This document shows positions 49,289 through 62,600 of a DNA stretch of 64,000 nucleotides, in pieces (position 1 is the stretch's first letter; every line of letters starts with the position of its first letter). A program made the position numbers and the translations under genes. The stretch comes from Camelus ferus (taxonomy: Eukaryota), in NCBI RefSeq assembly GCF_009834535.1, contig NC_045723.1, forward strand, positions 3,472,001 to 3,536,000, written 5' to 3'. The notes below the pieces were generated by a model. It did not search any database and was not told the origin of the DNA. It was given only the letters and a program-made list of their open reading frames with translations.

Positions 49289-49294
49289 AATAAA
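49289..49294 (+). terminator. SNRNP200: SNRNP200 polyadenylation signal AATAAA
   Basis: First AATAAA after the TGA at 49044 (245 nt downstream), followed by U/GU-rich sequence. Confidence 0.8.
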
Positions 49295-49629
49295 ATGACT
49301 TGAGAAACCATGTCTTTGCAGTGATTCCAAATTAAGTTTCCTTTCTCCAACCTAAGGATTTGTTTTTTTAGCCAGTGCTGGGGGAACAGGTGGCAGCTTC
49401 CCGTCAGTCAGGCTTATGCCCTCGGTCCCCTCCACTGTACGCTGCCCACGATCAGTGCTCCTGCAGGAACTGACACCGAGTTTTGGTTGAGAGATCAATA
49501 GGTTAGAGGTTTCTCAAGATCTAGTGTCCCCTCCGTGTTACGGGGCAGCACGAGCTGGGTGTGGCCCAGTTCTTGCCTTCTGTTGTCTTTTAGAAGTAAA
49601 TGCATAATATTGGAAGATGATTTGGAGGA

Positions 49630-50400
49630 GTAACTTCCCTAGGTTGGCAGTTTTCAATTTTGGTCTCCAGACCCCTTTACACTACATAAAAAATGAACGC
49701 CAAACAGCTTTTATTACCTGGGTTGTATCTATTGGGTATTTACTACATTAAATGCATTTTTAAATAACAGTAACTTAATTATGTTAACTTTTTATGAAAA
49801 AACAACTTCCAAAACATATCCAGGGAGAAGAGTGACATTTTACATTTTTCCAAATCTCTCTTGATAGTCTGCCTTAATGGAAGACAGCTGGATTCTCATA
49901 GCTGCTTCTACAATCTGTTGTCTGTTATTTGAGTTGAAGTAAAGCTGACTTCACACAGATATGAAGCTGGAAAAAGGAGTTTTTAAATAGGCTGCTGGGG
50001 TAACAGGCTATTCTGCATGACGCCACCATGGTAGTCTCTTACAGGTAATGTCGAATCTGAAACCTTATCAATGGGATTCCTATACTCTTACATTAAAACC
50101 CACTGGTCTGTCTTACACTTTTAAGGAGTCTTTTACCCATCAATGATGTTGTAACATTATGTACTAGTCATTTGGAAAACGGTGGTTCACTGAATGAGGC
50201 AAATCTTCCAAATGTCAATACATTTCATCATACAAATTGCATTTGTTCATATCACCACCAATCCCCTCAGGAAGGTCTAAGCGTTGGGAAGATCGCAAGC
50301 TCACAGTGGCAATACAAGTTTTCAAAACTAATTTTTGCTCGAAAGCTTTCATTTTATCATTGGCAACACTATCCATTTCCCTCGAGGTGAAAGGCTCATT
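49630..50400 (-). mobile_element. hAT/Charlie-family transposon fossil between the SNRNP200 and CIAO1 3' ends
   Basis: ORF track 50215-50424(-) ...VANDKMKAFEQKLVLKTCI...IGGDMNKC resembles the Charlie transposase C-terminal pattern (DKI.AFKRKL.FW); terminal-like ggtctccagacccctttacact near 49663. Confidence 0.6.
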
Positions 50401-50621
50401 TTGTTCCACAAAATCTCTCCCCAACAGCCAAGTCTAAATACAGTAACGTGCTAGTTCTTGCAAGTAAAACCAGCTGTGCCCCAAAGACCACAGCCGACTG
50501 AGACGGCAGCCGCACCACTGCCTTCCCTCACGGCAGCCAGACTGCAGCGCTGTATGCACGTTCCTCCTCGTCACAGAACACTGGCCGTATTCTCCAGGGT
50601 CAAGGTTTCACACAAGTCATT

Positions 50622-50627
50622 TTTATT
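50622..50627 (-). terminator. CIAO1: Candidate CIAO1 polyadenylation signal AATAAA
   Basis: tttatt on the plus strand about 1.2 kb past the CIAO1 stop. Confidence 0.45.
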
Positions 50628-51843
50628 GGTTCTATCGAGGACATTTCTAAATGAAGTTGGCAATATTTTTACTGAGAGCAAGTCATGGAGACACAACTAC
50701 AGAATTTGGCTCCATTGCCTTGATTCCTGCCAAGGCACCAACAGCTGACCTCTTGAGCTCTCCTGGAAAGCTCTAGGGATTTCCAGGGACCGGAAGACCA
50801 CATTTTGAGAACCACTGCTCCAGGTACTGCCCCAGCTGTCTTTTCAAAATCTAAGGTCATGATTTCTGTGGTGTAAAAAATGTACGTGAAGGCTGTGGCC
50901 TTGAGGACAGTCCTTGAGTCAAAACCCATGTGGAAGTGCCTGTCAAAAGACAACCTGAGTAGGACCGAAGCACTGTCTGCCTGTGCCAGTGTTTCGCTAC
51001 CTTTTTTCATCATCATTCCTCTAAGGGACCTTATTTGGCATCTCTCTCCTGCTCACCCCCACCATGAAAATCTAATACAACAGACAGACTGTGTACTTAT
51101 GTACTGTGGTTCTTTGGAGGCCATAAATTATTGTCTCTAAGGTTTTTTTGCCCACCACCCAAGAACCAGTTCTCATCTCCACTGAGAACGTATGACCTGT
51201 GGCCAACGACTCTCCCTTTTAGGGTTCACATCCTCCCTGTTCATTTCTCAGTAGTTCCCGGCTGTCATCACAACACACAGCATACATAGAAAGTACATGA
51301 CGGTTTCTAAGGGAAGGCAGAGGTGTCTCTTACTCTAAATTAACCTACATTAAAAAGTTTCTTTCAATATTGACTGAATGTCTTAAATGCAAGGATTTAC
51401 CCAGAAATTGGGAAGGCAGGACCTATTTCAGAAAAGGACTCACCATGGAATTCTTTTAGACGGTGAATGTCCTTATAATATAAAATAGGACTTGGGACTC
51501 AGATTATTTCTATAAGGCTTACAGTCTTAGAAAGAGCTGAAATACATCTCTCCTACATATAGATATGGTGATTATAAAGTAGGATATTCACTCCCCCCAA
51601 ATTTAACACTGTGCCCTAAAGCAAGCAAAATCCGGCATAAGTACTCTAGCCCTTTCCAAGGACCGCGTGTCAAAGGAGGGGAAAGCGTGAATGGTTCTGT
51701 GGCTCTGCACTTCTACCCAAGTCCGAATGGAGGAGGGCCAAGTCAAAAGAAGGTCAAGGATGCTTCTCCAGGTCCTCTCAGGGGCTGGGAAAGTCTTACG
51801 ACATTTTCCAGGGAACCATGATTCTGTCCAAAGTCAAGGTGGC

Positions 51844-54800
51844 TCAGAGGCCTTCAGGCCGCTGATACTTCCAGAAGGCCAACTCTCCATCATCACTGCA
51901 GGAGGCCAGGAGCCCCCGCTCCTTAGGGTTCCAGGCCACACAGTTGACATCCTGAGAATGGGCCTGAGGCAAGTGGGCCATCAGGGAGAAGGTGGGCTGC
52001 TGCGGATCTGAGCCGGGGTCCTCCTCAAACACTCGGATGGCATCGTCCCCACAAGCAGTAGCCAGGGCCCCTGTCAGCTGACACCTGGGAGGAACATGTG
52101 CATCAGCGCCTAGGCAGGTGGCTCCTCCCTCCCCAACCTGGCAAATTAGGTAGAAGAGCCTGAGTCTACAGCCTTCCCAAACCTCTTACTGAAGAGCCTC
52201 CCTAACTAATATACAGCCACAAAGATCACTCCCAAGCTTCCAGGGCTGCCACGTATGTTTTCCTCCAATATAATTAACCTAAAATACTGTACGATTCTGA
52301 ATTACACTTTTCGCACTTGGCAGAAGCAGTTTCTCTGTCATTAAGTATTCTTGATCGTTTTTTGTAAGTAATGTAACAGGCCACTGAATTTTACCATTCT
52401 TTACTTTAGTCCATTTCTGTTATTCCCAGATGTTTGCTAATATAAATAAAACTTAGATGCATATTAACTTTTTTTTCACTATTTAAAATTATTTCCCAGG
52501 GATAGATTTTCAGGATCAGAACTGCCCTCTGACTGACTCTCCTATGTGAATGGTGTGCCTCTTCTAGACCCTGTAAGAGTAGAAGCAGTGTTACCAAACC
52601 ATATAAACCCCAGCCGTGAATCCACAGTTTCAACAATAAATATTTCAGGATAGTATAATGCTGTGTTACCCTCAAAGGCAGGAGCTGCCCTCACAGCTTG
52701 GAATCTTAATGCAGGGACAGGCCTGGGTCTAAGTCTGATCCCTGCTCCTGTGAACACAGGGCCTGCCAGCCCTAAGGCAGCATGGAGACAGTCTGGCCTG
52801 ATCTGAAGATATGAGGGTGGCTGCTCTCTATCCCCACAGGGTCTTGACTTCTCTAAAATCTCTCCAATGGTTGGGGGAATGGGTGGGACAGTGAGGGGGC
52901 AGGGAGGGGGGGAGGTCTTACCAAGCGATGTCGTAAATGGTCCTGGAGTGGAAGCCTGACAAAGTGCAGACACATTTCCAGCTGGGGTCAGAGCCGCTGC
53001 ACGCCACCCCTGCGTGACAGACTTGTCTTGAGCCTAAGGCATGTCTGTGTCCTGGCCACCCCAGGGGAGTGAGTGACTGCCCTACTGCAGAGGAGATCCT
53101 AATTCGCCCTCCCCTACCCCCACCTTCAGTCAGCAGGCCTCATCTTCATTCCTCTGTCCCCATCCTCACTGATCTGCCTTACACACTGCAGCCAAACTGG
53201 TGCTTTTACAGCAGGATTCTGAGAAGGAAACATCCTGTTCCTTAAAAAACCTTTTGCTGCAGACTATGTCCAACTAGTTAGCCTCCCTTTTAAGGCCACC
53301 CACCAGCCAGGCCAACTCACCTTATTTCTCTCCAAGCCCTTCGAACCCTATTCTCGACCTATACCAATCCGTGTGTTCCTGGGTTAGTCTAGGTTTTCAC
53401 CTTCAATGCCTTTGCTCATGCTGCTCTGTTCATGACCAGAATTCTCTTCCTGTGTGAAAATCCTACACACTCCTTCAAGTCTGGATGAAACGGCCCCTCT
53501 TCCACAGAGCTTCCCCTGACTCTCCCCCACTCTACCTGGAGCCCTGCTGTGGCAATCTCCCATTCTACCCCCGTTTACTGTGACTTGTCTGTGTGTCTCA
53601 GCCCCTTAGCAGACTGTAAACCTTGTGACAGACGAGTCTTCTTTAGCTCCAGGCCTGGCCCCTCACCTTGCTCATTGCCTGGCAGATACTGGTGCCAGAT
53701 GCGTACGGTACGGTCATCACTGCAAGACGCCAGGCGTTGGCCACTGGGGTCAAAGGCCAAGCTCCACACGGTGGATTCGTGGCCTTCAAGGGTGGCACAG
53801 CATACCCAGTCATCCTCTTCCTCTCGGTAGAGCTTCACTGTATCATCATAGCTGGCGGAGGCTAACAGCTGTGGGGAAGGCCAGGGAAAACACAGCACTT
53901 GTCTGCTCAGCCCAGGAAGTACCTGTGGCTCCAATACTTCCTCCCAGGACAGGCAGTCCTGGGGATCTGCTTTTATAAAAAGGATTGATGTTTTTGGGTC
54001 ACAGATAGAGATTCTTGGAAAAGCCGGATTGAGGCTGAAGAGCAGAAAAAGGCTGGGCACAACCTTCCACATCAGAAGTCCTTCCCACCAAGATTCCTGA
54101 CTCTTACCTCCTGGCTTGGGTGCCAAACCACATGCTTGACATCCTGCGTGTGGGAGTTGAGGACACTGACACATTCATACTCATCTTCTTCATCAACTGT
54201 GGATGAGAAAAGAAGGGAGCCCATGAGCCGACCCTGTCAGGCACACAGGGGGAGATCTGGTGGCATGTTCCCAACTGCACCCAAAGGGACCTGGACTCAC
54301 CTTCCCAGACCCACACACTCTTATCTCGGCTGCAGGTGGCAAGGAGGTTGCCAGATGGGGCCCAAGCCACTGACTTCACCTCATTTTCATGGCCCTCCAG
54401 AGTGGTCACACACTGTGAAAAGGGACGAGCGAAAGGAATCAACAGCAGCTAAGACCCCTGTGGTCCTTCTCATAGATAGGTACAGCCCAACTGGCTCAGG
54501 TTGGCTCAGGTTCCTAAACCAGCCCCAGCGAGCAAACAGGCAGCAATCCTGATCCTATCCAGCCCGGTTACCTCAAAGTCATCCTCCTTCTTCTTCCAAA
54601 TGCACGTGGTAGCATCAAAGCTGGCAGAGGCCAGGTAATTCCCGCAGGGAGACCAGGCCACCTTCCGCACAGTGCGTTGGTGGCCTTCACAAAGGACAGA
54701 TTTGCAGATCCAGCTGTCACCTAAAAGCAGAGGACAGGCCAGGCTCTGGAGCTGGGTGCACAAGAAGGTGCTGAAGCGCCATCAATGCCACTGGGTAACG

Positions 54801-55329
54801 GAAGTGGAATATCAGAGCCCAGCTGGGGGCAAAGCTCACTGGGTGCACTTAACAACATGCTTTCAGAAAGCTGTAACTGACCCCACTTCTAAACAAATCT
54901 GAGTCACTCTCCCCATTTAAAACTTGTCAATGGCTCCCAAATGCCCTTGGGATAAAATTTAAACTTCATCATCTGTTGCAAATTAGTCTGCAGGCCACTT
55001 TCCTACCACCTTCTCTTCTCATTTTCCTGCCTCAGCTACTATCACAGTTCCCTCAACAGTTCAGTCTATCTACTGACATTTTTGCTTCTAGGATTTGCCA
55101 ACTCCTTTGCCCGAAAAGCGTTCTCAGCGGCTAAAGCACACAGACCCCTCGAGGGCAGGGGCCGCGCAGCTGGGCCAGGCGGGGCCTTACCCTCAGTGCC
55201 CCAGATGCGGACGCTACGGTCGCCACCGCACGAGGCCAGCAGGGTTCCGGAGGGGTTCCAGGCCAGGAACCAGCAGCGGGAGTCCGGGTGCGCCAGGATA
55301 CGGTCAAGCAGGACCAGCGAGTCCTTCAT
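51844..55329 (-). CDS. CIAO1: Cytosolic iron-sulfur assembly component 1 (WD40 beta-propeller), 339 aa, 7 coding exons
   Basis: Minus-strand GT-AG exons: 55329-55191, 54720-54572, 54412-54301, 54196-54108, 53868-53667, 53009-52922, 52084-51844; sum 1020 nt. [26 protein letters not shown]...[12 protein letters not shown], with WD repeats ([35 protein letters not shown]). Confidence 0.98.
53130..53610 (+). mobile_element. L2 fragment in CIAO1 intron 5
   Basis: gcctttgctcatgctgctctg...aaaatcctacacactccttcaag...cccctcttccacagagcttcccctgact resembles the L2 3' region. Confidence 0.55.
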
Positions 55330-55462
55330 GGCGGCCAGACACAGGAGGAGGCGAGCAGCGCCAGCACCACCAACTGCAGCTCTCACCCGACAAAACCCTT
55401 TCTGCCCAAGGGGCCGTGGTCCTCCTTGGAACTAAAGCGCCCGCTGCTGAGGCCGCGCTACC

Positions 55463-55537
55463 TTCTGGGAGTTGTAGTCAGCTTCCTTCCCCTTCCAGGG
55501 GAAAGCATCGCGGAACAGCCTCGAACTACGAATCCCA
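55463..55537. promoter_or_regulatory. Two divergent ACTACnnnTCCCA (ZNF143/THAP11) motifs
   Basis: Minus 55478-55463 ACTACAACTCCCAGAA; plus 55525-55537 ACTACGAATCCCA. Confidence 0.75.
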
Positions 55538-55649
55538 TGAAGCCCTGCGCAGGGCGCCGGCGGCGCGCCCGGGCTGTGTCGCGCGCGGGGACGGGGTGGG
55601 GAGCCGGAGGAGGCGGGGGCAGAGGTGGAGGAAGCCGGAAGTGGATCGG

Positions 55650-55765
55650 GCCCGGGTCGGTCCGGGCGTTGCGGGTTTGGGGCCTGGGATAGCTCGTCCT
55701 CGGGCAGTTAAGGAGACCGTGACGGGACGGAGCGACGCCATCCCGGCACTGAGGCCTGCTGACTG
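55650..55765 (+). other. TMEM127: Probable non-coding exon 1 of TMEM127 (5' boundary approximate)
   Basis: Donor CTG|GTGAGG at 55765/55766 downstream of the GABP site; the next acceptor ctgacag|cccc is at 56129/56130. Confidence 0.55.
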
Positions 55766-56186
55766 GTGAGGATCAGGAGTCGGTGAGGGGTGGGTCCTTT
55801 CTGGGCACAGATCACACCCCAGAGCGCGGTTCCCAGATCCTTGGTCCCCGATCCCTGCGGCCCAGCCTGGTCCTCCGCCCCTCGGCACCTTCTGGCCAAG
55901 ACCCCGAGACCGGGTCTCTCTTCCACCAGTAACGAATACCTCGGCCACAGCCTCCCTTCCCACTCCGCTCTGCCAAGATCCAGTGGACCTCCAGCCCTCT
56001 CCAAGTCCTTATCCCGCACCTCCGCAGCCCCACTCCGGGGACCCCGTCCCCGCCCCCCGAACCCCTGCAGCCCTACTGTCTCCACTCTGCCCTCAGTCCC
56101 ACCCCATCCTCCGGTGTCGACCCTGACAGCCCCGCATCAGCCTCACCTGCCGCGAACCCAATGCGCTGCTCTCCTCCCCGGGACAG

Positions 56187-56374
56187 NNNNNNNNNNNNNN
56201 NNNNNNNNNNNNNNNNNNNNNNNNNNNNNNNNNNNNNNNNNNNNNNNNNNNNNNNNNNNNNNNNNNNNNNNNNNNNNNNNNNNNNNNNNNNNNNNNNNNN
56301 NNNNNNNNNNNNNNNNNNNNNNNNNNNNNNNNNNNNNNNNNNNNNNNNNNNNNNNNNNNNNNNNNNNNNNNNNN
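56187..56374. other. Assembly gap (188 N), inferred to contain the TMEM127 start codon
   Basis: Run of N inside the GC-rich TMEM127 exon 2. Confidence 0.95.
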
Positions 56375-56587
<213 letters not shown>

Positions 56588-58769
56588 TGAGATAGCCTGG
56601 GGCAGGCACTTGGTTGAAGGAAACAGCCCCATTCCTGCATGCTATTCATGCCCACCAGGTGGCTCAGTTTGGGGTCCGGCCCCTCATAAATTCTGATGTT
56701 ATTCAGCCAAGCACCCACTCCTCATGCCATACTAATCTGGACTATTTTAGGATTCCGCTGGAGGAAGGGCGCTTTAATATCGGAGAGAAGATAAGGGTGC
56801 TGGGCACCGCAATGAGCTGTCTCCTTCTAAGGAGCCTGTGGGATAGAGGAAGTTTTCTTTGGGGCAGCCTGATTGATAGAGAAAAAGGGGCTTTTAATAT
56901 GACTACATTTTGAAAGATACTTTTGAGTTCTTCACTAATTGGATTGTTGTTAGATAAAAAGGGAGTCTGGTGTTTCCAGTAATCAGAAGTCGGTTCCATT
57001 GCCATCCTCGGTAGAAAAATTGGAATTTGGCTCTTGGAACCATTATAATTGTGCCCGAACGAGGTAAGGTTGCTGTGTTCATTATCGAGCTTCCTAGCCA
57101 GGTAGGCAGAGGAAAGGGGAACAGGAGCGTTGTCTTTGCTGGACACAGGGAGGCCGGTAGCTCACTGCCCAGCCCTATTTCCAGTAATGAAGGTATAGGC
57201 TTTGTGATGTGGGGTCAGGATTGCACTGCCTGGCTTTTACAGGGAAATTTGGTCAGTGGATTCCAAACAGCCCTTAGTAACAGCAGAGTTCATCACCCCC
57301 AAGGCCTTTGAACCATTCTTGAAGGTCTTAACATTTTCTCCCTGTGCCACTCCCTGACTATAATTCATTCCAGACGTTTAAAGGGTACAGGCACTGGGAC
57401 TTGGTGAAAGATCAAGTTCTCCTTTGTGCCTTGGATCGTATACCACTTCTGCAGGTTGCGGCCAGAAAGCCCTATCCTTGTGGCCTAATGTTGTTGCCAT
57501 TCTCTGAGAGTTCTCTTACTGTCTCACATTTCTCTTGTGTTTTTGAGGCTTTAGGATGAATTTGTAGAGAACGGGATGGGGGCTTCTGGTTTGTTTCCAG
57601 ATTTCACTGTGATGACAGCTTTTGCTGCGTTGGCTCAGTAAGACTGAAGTTTACACAGGATGGAGGCCTTGTGATACACAGCTTTCCTTGTGGCGTGTAG
57701 CTGATGGCAGAAAGCCCATCAAGCTTGACTTGAGTCTGGATGGTTTTCTCTTTTTGCGCGTTCCCCTGCATTTGCCTTCTTTGAAGCACAGCTGCCACCT
57801 TTCCACTTCTTCATCCAGACCTTGGCCATTGATCCCCTGGTGGTCAATGTTTCAAGAGCTTGGTGTCATTTACAAACTGAGAGAGAGTTCACAATGCTTC
57901 TCCCTTTCAGATCATTCCTGGGGAGGCTCAGAAAATTCATGCTATGGAGGGAGGGGCAATGTGATCCCATGTCCTTATTACAAAAGTCCAGGAACCTGTC
58001 TCAGAGAAGGGAAGTGATCTCTCCAGGGCCCCACAGCTGGGAGTGGCAAAGCTGAGTGTACTTCACTGTTGACTCCAGTATAAAGTGATGCTGTCTTGTT
58101 TATGTTTCTTAACCCTTGTTTTACTTCAGCCATCATAAGGAATGCTCTCACAATTATTCATCCCACTTTGGTATGCATCCTTGTCAAAGGCATGTAAAAA
58201 ATTAAAACAAATTCTTGGTGTATTTCTCCTTGGTTCACATATATATTTACCTTTTCTGAGGAATTATTCAAGCCAGATTTTGTCTTTAATAAAGCATGTT
58301 TACACTATACCTGCTCATGTGTTTAGGGATCTTAACCCACGAATAGTTTCAGCCTGCTTTCCTGTGGCCACCTCCTTGGTCGTTGTAAGCTGGGAACACT
58401 TGGTGTCCATTAATAAGGGAGTTGACAGTGGTACCTCATGATCTATCATAGGCGAAGGCAAGGAATCAGAAGGTCCCTGATTGGTTCTCTTCTTCTATGG
58501 AGGTTTTTTGGTGCCCCGTGGGCCTTCAGACATATGCTATTCTGTGTGATTACACTTATCCTCAGGGCCTAACAGATATCCTAGCATGGAAGCTTGGGAT
58601 TTTCCCCATCTCAGGAGGGAGCAGAGCTGTGGGGCACAGCTCTGATGCCTGTAGATGCTTCCAGAGGGAGAACAGACCATGCCAGGTGTCTGCAGGTGAC
58701 GGGGAGTGGGCAGGGCCAGCAGGCTTTGAGATGGTTCCTTCCCGCTTCTCAGCCCCCTGCCTGACTGCC

Positions 58770-58940
58770 AGGCACTGTGCTAAGCACGCTTCACGGCTGG
58801 CTGTAGTTTCTCCTCAACAGCATCTTTATTTGGTAGATACTGTCATATCTCCCCCCGCCCCCGCCTCTCAGGCTCAGGGAGGTGAGGTCACTTGCTCAGG
58901 GGCACACAGCTGATGTGCATGGCATGGACTCCACTCTCAC
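58770..58940 (-). mobile_element. MIR (antisense) in the TMEM127 intron
   Basis: ccaggcactgtgctaagcac...ggctcagggaggtgaggtcacttgctcaggggcacacagctg. Confidence 0.65.
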
Positions 58941-61119
58941 CGCTGTCCCTTAGTGCTCTCCGGGTTTCTTTTTCCTTCTGCCAGAGTGGTCCAAGGCGTC
59001 TTACTTCCCCCTTCTAGTTGAATTCTTATCACAAGTTCAGCCAAAGCTGTGCTTTTTATTCCTCACCACCCCAAGCTGGTGATCCTGAGGCAAAGCCATG
59101 CATCCTTCCACTGTCACCCGCAGAGCCCTGTCAGCTTTAACAAATGCAGGCGGCTCAGAAGATCCCGTCCTGAATTCTTCCCCTCCCCAGGGGTGCCTGC
59201 TTCTCACACAGCTCTTCAGCCTGCACATGGGTTCAGATATGTGCCCAGACCTCTAGTGGACCCCAGCAGGGGAGCCCAGATGATCATTCCTTCTGAGCCC
59301 CAGTCCCTCTCTGCCTGTCACGGGCGACCAGCAAAGGGCAGCAGGGACAACAGCTTTGAGCAGCATCTTTGGAGAATGAGGAAGTTTGGGATTTGAAGTC
59401 AGGTGAATCTTGGTTGACAGCAAGCCATGGGAAGATCAAGGGCCTTCCCGGGAGGGCTGGAGTGCTTAAGGGGTGGTGACCGACTCACTGGCCTCTTAGG
59501 TCCTTTCAGAACCATTGGTACCTGTGGTGATGACCTAGCCAGGCACTGGAGGGCCCTCTTGGAATCTTGTGTCGGGAGCCTGTCGGGAAGCTCAACAGTC
59601 ACAGTGGGGAGAGGCTGTGCAGGTGGGCGGGTGAGTGCTGAGGAGGGCTGGGGCCCGGGGGAAGTGCTTCTGACTCAGGGACTCCAGTGAGGAGGGAAAT
59701 AGGAGATAGGACAGAAGAAGGGAACTGGCCAGAAGCCGCTTTAATCTTCCTGTCTGCAGCCTGTTTGGGTCAGGAGAGGGTGAGAGAAATGGGCAGGTAG
59801 ACAGGAAGAGCCAGGGCCTTCAAAACAAATCCAGCCCAGTGACTCACCAGTGACCTTGGGCAAAGTCAGTTCCTTGGGATCCTATTACACAGCAGCTGCC
59901 TTCTTTCCTGGTGACTGGAGGGGACAGTAAAGCAATAGTTACCAAAATAAACAGGCCACAGCACAACTGGAGGATAGGATATGTTCTGTCTCCCCATAGT
60001 GTAGTGGACTGCACCACTGGTTTGAATTTAAAATTAGGACCCTGCCCCACGTGCTATTTTCTTCCACAAAATAGCACACGTGTAACATTTGAGGATTTTA
60101 TTTCTCTTCGGCAGTCCTCCCCCTGGAGCAGATAGTACTTGTCCTCCCTTCCAGACCAGTGTCTGGCAGTTAGAAAAGATGTTGAGACCTTGACCCCAGG
60201 AGAGTCGGAGCTGGGTTCTAAGCGTGTCTGGCATAATGCTGCCTGCCTCCCCTGTGTGCTCTGAGACCCCCCTGGTGAAAGACTTCCGGGGACGTGGGGC
60301 AGGCTCCTGGGTATCTATTAGCATCACTCCAAGGGAAGGTTCCATTTGAAGGTTTGCTTAGAGCTTTGGGATAGAGAAAAGCAGAAGGTGGTCACGTTGA
60401 AAGAAAACCTGTTTGAATTTTGGGTCCAAAGGCCCTTGTCTGTACCACATCATCACCCTGGTGACGCAGATCCTGGGTCTGGCATTGGTGGGCTCCTCCT
60501 CTAGCCCACGCTGGCTGACAGTGTGGACGAGGAAGTCTCAGTTTAAGGAGTAAAGCACGCCAGGGAAGACACCGCTGTGGCCCCGTTTAAACCACCCAGC
60601 ATGGAGGGAGTGAGGCTGCTCACCCACAGCACTTTGTGAGTTGACTCTTCCCCCCCAGCCCCCCACCCCCGTGCCTGTGCAGGTGGGGCAGGCGTTAATT
60701 GCTTCCATTTGACAGGTGAGAGCTCAGAGGCCAAGGGCAGTTCAGTGACTTGTTCAAGGTGATGCATGGTCTGTGGTAGGTCCATTTGGTGCTGAATCCA
60801 GTGCCTTCTGCTTTTAAGAGTGAGGCTCTGATGGCTGCAGAAGCTTAGACCACACCCAGAAAGTTTTGCCCAATAATTCCCAGTATGAGCTCTTTTCATT
60901 GCTTAATGACCCAAACCTTTTTGCCTTGAAAAGATTTCAGCCTTCCAGCTGTTCCCTTAGTGCGCTCAGCAGCTGCTGGCCCTGAGGATGGCTCCGACAC
61001 CATTCCTAGTAACTGTTGACATTTCATTCAAATACAGCTCTTTAGGATTTGATTGATTAGCTCCATCTGGGAAAAATAAGACGGCTAACTCTGGTGCTTG
61101 GTGGTTCTGAACATCACGA

Positions 61120-61270
61120 TGCAAGAGAGCCTGACCCAGATTTGAAGTTGAGCTCTGTGCTGTGAGACCTGGAGGAAGTCACTTAACTTCCTGGAGCCTC
61201 TAATTCCTCATCTGAACCGTGTGCTGAATACCCCAGAGTGGAATGAGGCTTAACCAAGATAACGTTTGAC
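61120..61270 (+). mobile_element. MIR
   Basis: gctgtgagacctggaggaagtcacttaacttcctggagcctctaattcctcatctg. Confidence 0.6.
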
Positions 61271-61437
61271 CCATCTATGTGCATAGCCTATTCCTAGAGG
61301 GGTGCATAAAAAACAGCCAACAGTGTGTGTCTCTTGAGGGGGGGCAATTGGATATCTGTGCAAGTCTTCCTTATTACTAAGATAAGTGTATTATGAAACA
61401 TAAGACACATAGGAGTGTATTTAATAGATGTACATTT

Positions 61438-61585
61438 AATTAATTAATTTATTTAAATTTTGGGGGGAGGTAATTGGGTTTTTATTTATTTACTTTTTTT
61501 TTTTTTTTGATGGAGATACTGGGGATTGAACCCAGGATCTCATGCTTGCTAGGCATGCGCTCTACCTCTGAGCTATACCCTCCCC
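61438..61585 (-). mobile_element. tRNA-Ala-derived SINE (vic-1-like), long form, antisense
   Basis: Reverse complement ggggagggtatagctcagaggtagagcgcatgcctagcaagcatgagatcctgggttcaatccccagtatctcca plus A tract and aattacctcccc segment; TSD tagatgtacattt (61425-61437) / tagacgtacattt (61587-61599). Confidence 0.9.
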
Positions 61586-62424
61586 TTAGACGTACATTTT
61601 AAAGGATGATGATAAAATGAGCATCCTGTACTCACTGTGCAGCCAAAGAAAGTATCTTTGAAGCCTTGTGTATTACATTTTTCAGTTAAAACTGGCTGTT
61701 AAATTAAAACTTAGTTGATTTTTAAGTACCACAATTAAAGCATTACTCAGGGCCTGGCCACACTGAGTAATGCTGGTGGCATGTGAACACAGGCCGCTGC
61801 GGAGCAGAGTGTGATGTAAGCCCTTACACCCTGCCGCTTGCAGGTTATTCTTGGAGATACTAGAAGAGCTCTTTCATCCTGCCCCAACCCATCCACGTGC
61901 CATGTGGACCCCCAGAAGAACTATCTCAGAGAGTTTTTAGCAGTATTTAAAATGCAGCCAGGAAACAGCCATCTCCAGGGCCATGTGGGTTTCTAGACTT
62001 CTTCAGGCCTGCAGGGCAGAATTAAATGAAGGCTGGACCTGGTTGCTGGCAGAGCTAACGCACAGGCAAGCCTCCTGGCAGCAGCCATCACCCAGGCTGG
62101 ATGACTGGGCCCAAAACAGATGGTCAGCTGACAAGAGAGTGACAGATAGCTCTGAGGGCAGCTTGGCGGATGACCTGAAGCCAGATCGAAGAGTATGAAT
62201 CATGTGTGGGCTAAGCCAACGTCTGCCTGGCGACTTCAGAGCCTGAGGTGGGGAATGCATGCTGTCATAAAGGCCGAGGGCCTCTGGGTATCTGGTCTGG
62301 TGTTTTGGTGTGGGAGGCCGGGCTCTCTGTCCAAGACCCCAGGGTGCTGATGTCTGTGGGTTGGAGTCTGCTTTGTTGAGTTCAGAGCCCCTCCCCAGGT
62401 TTTTGGACTTTTCTTCATTAGTCC

Positions 62425-62600
62425 ACCTTCCTCTACATCCAGGATCAGTGTTTCTTGGAGTGTAAGGCCACCCGCGTGGGAATTACCTGTGCTGCTATTA
62501 AAATCCCAGGCCCTGCTCCAGACCAAGAGCTCAGACTCTCTGGGGCTGGGGAACATGCTTTCAACCAGCACCCCGGGGATTCTCCTGTGCAGGAGAGAGT
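62425..62600. mobile_element. MER5-like hAT MITE (degraded)
   Basis: cagtgtttctt...aaaatcccaggccctgctccagacc...ggggctggggaacatgctttcaaccagcaccccggggattct. Confidence 0.5.
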
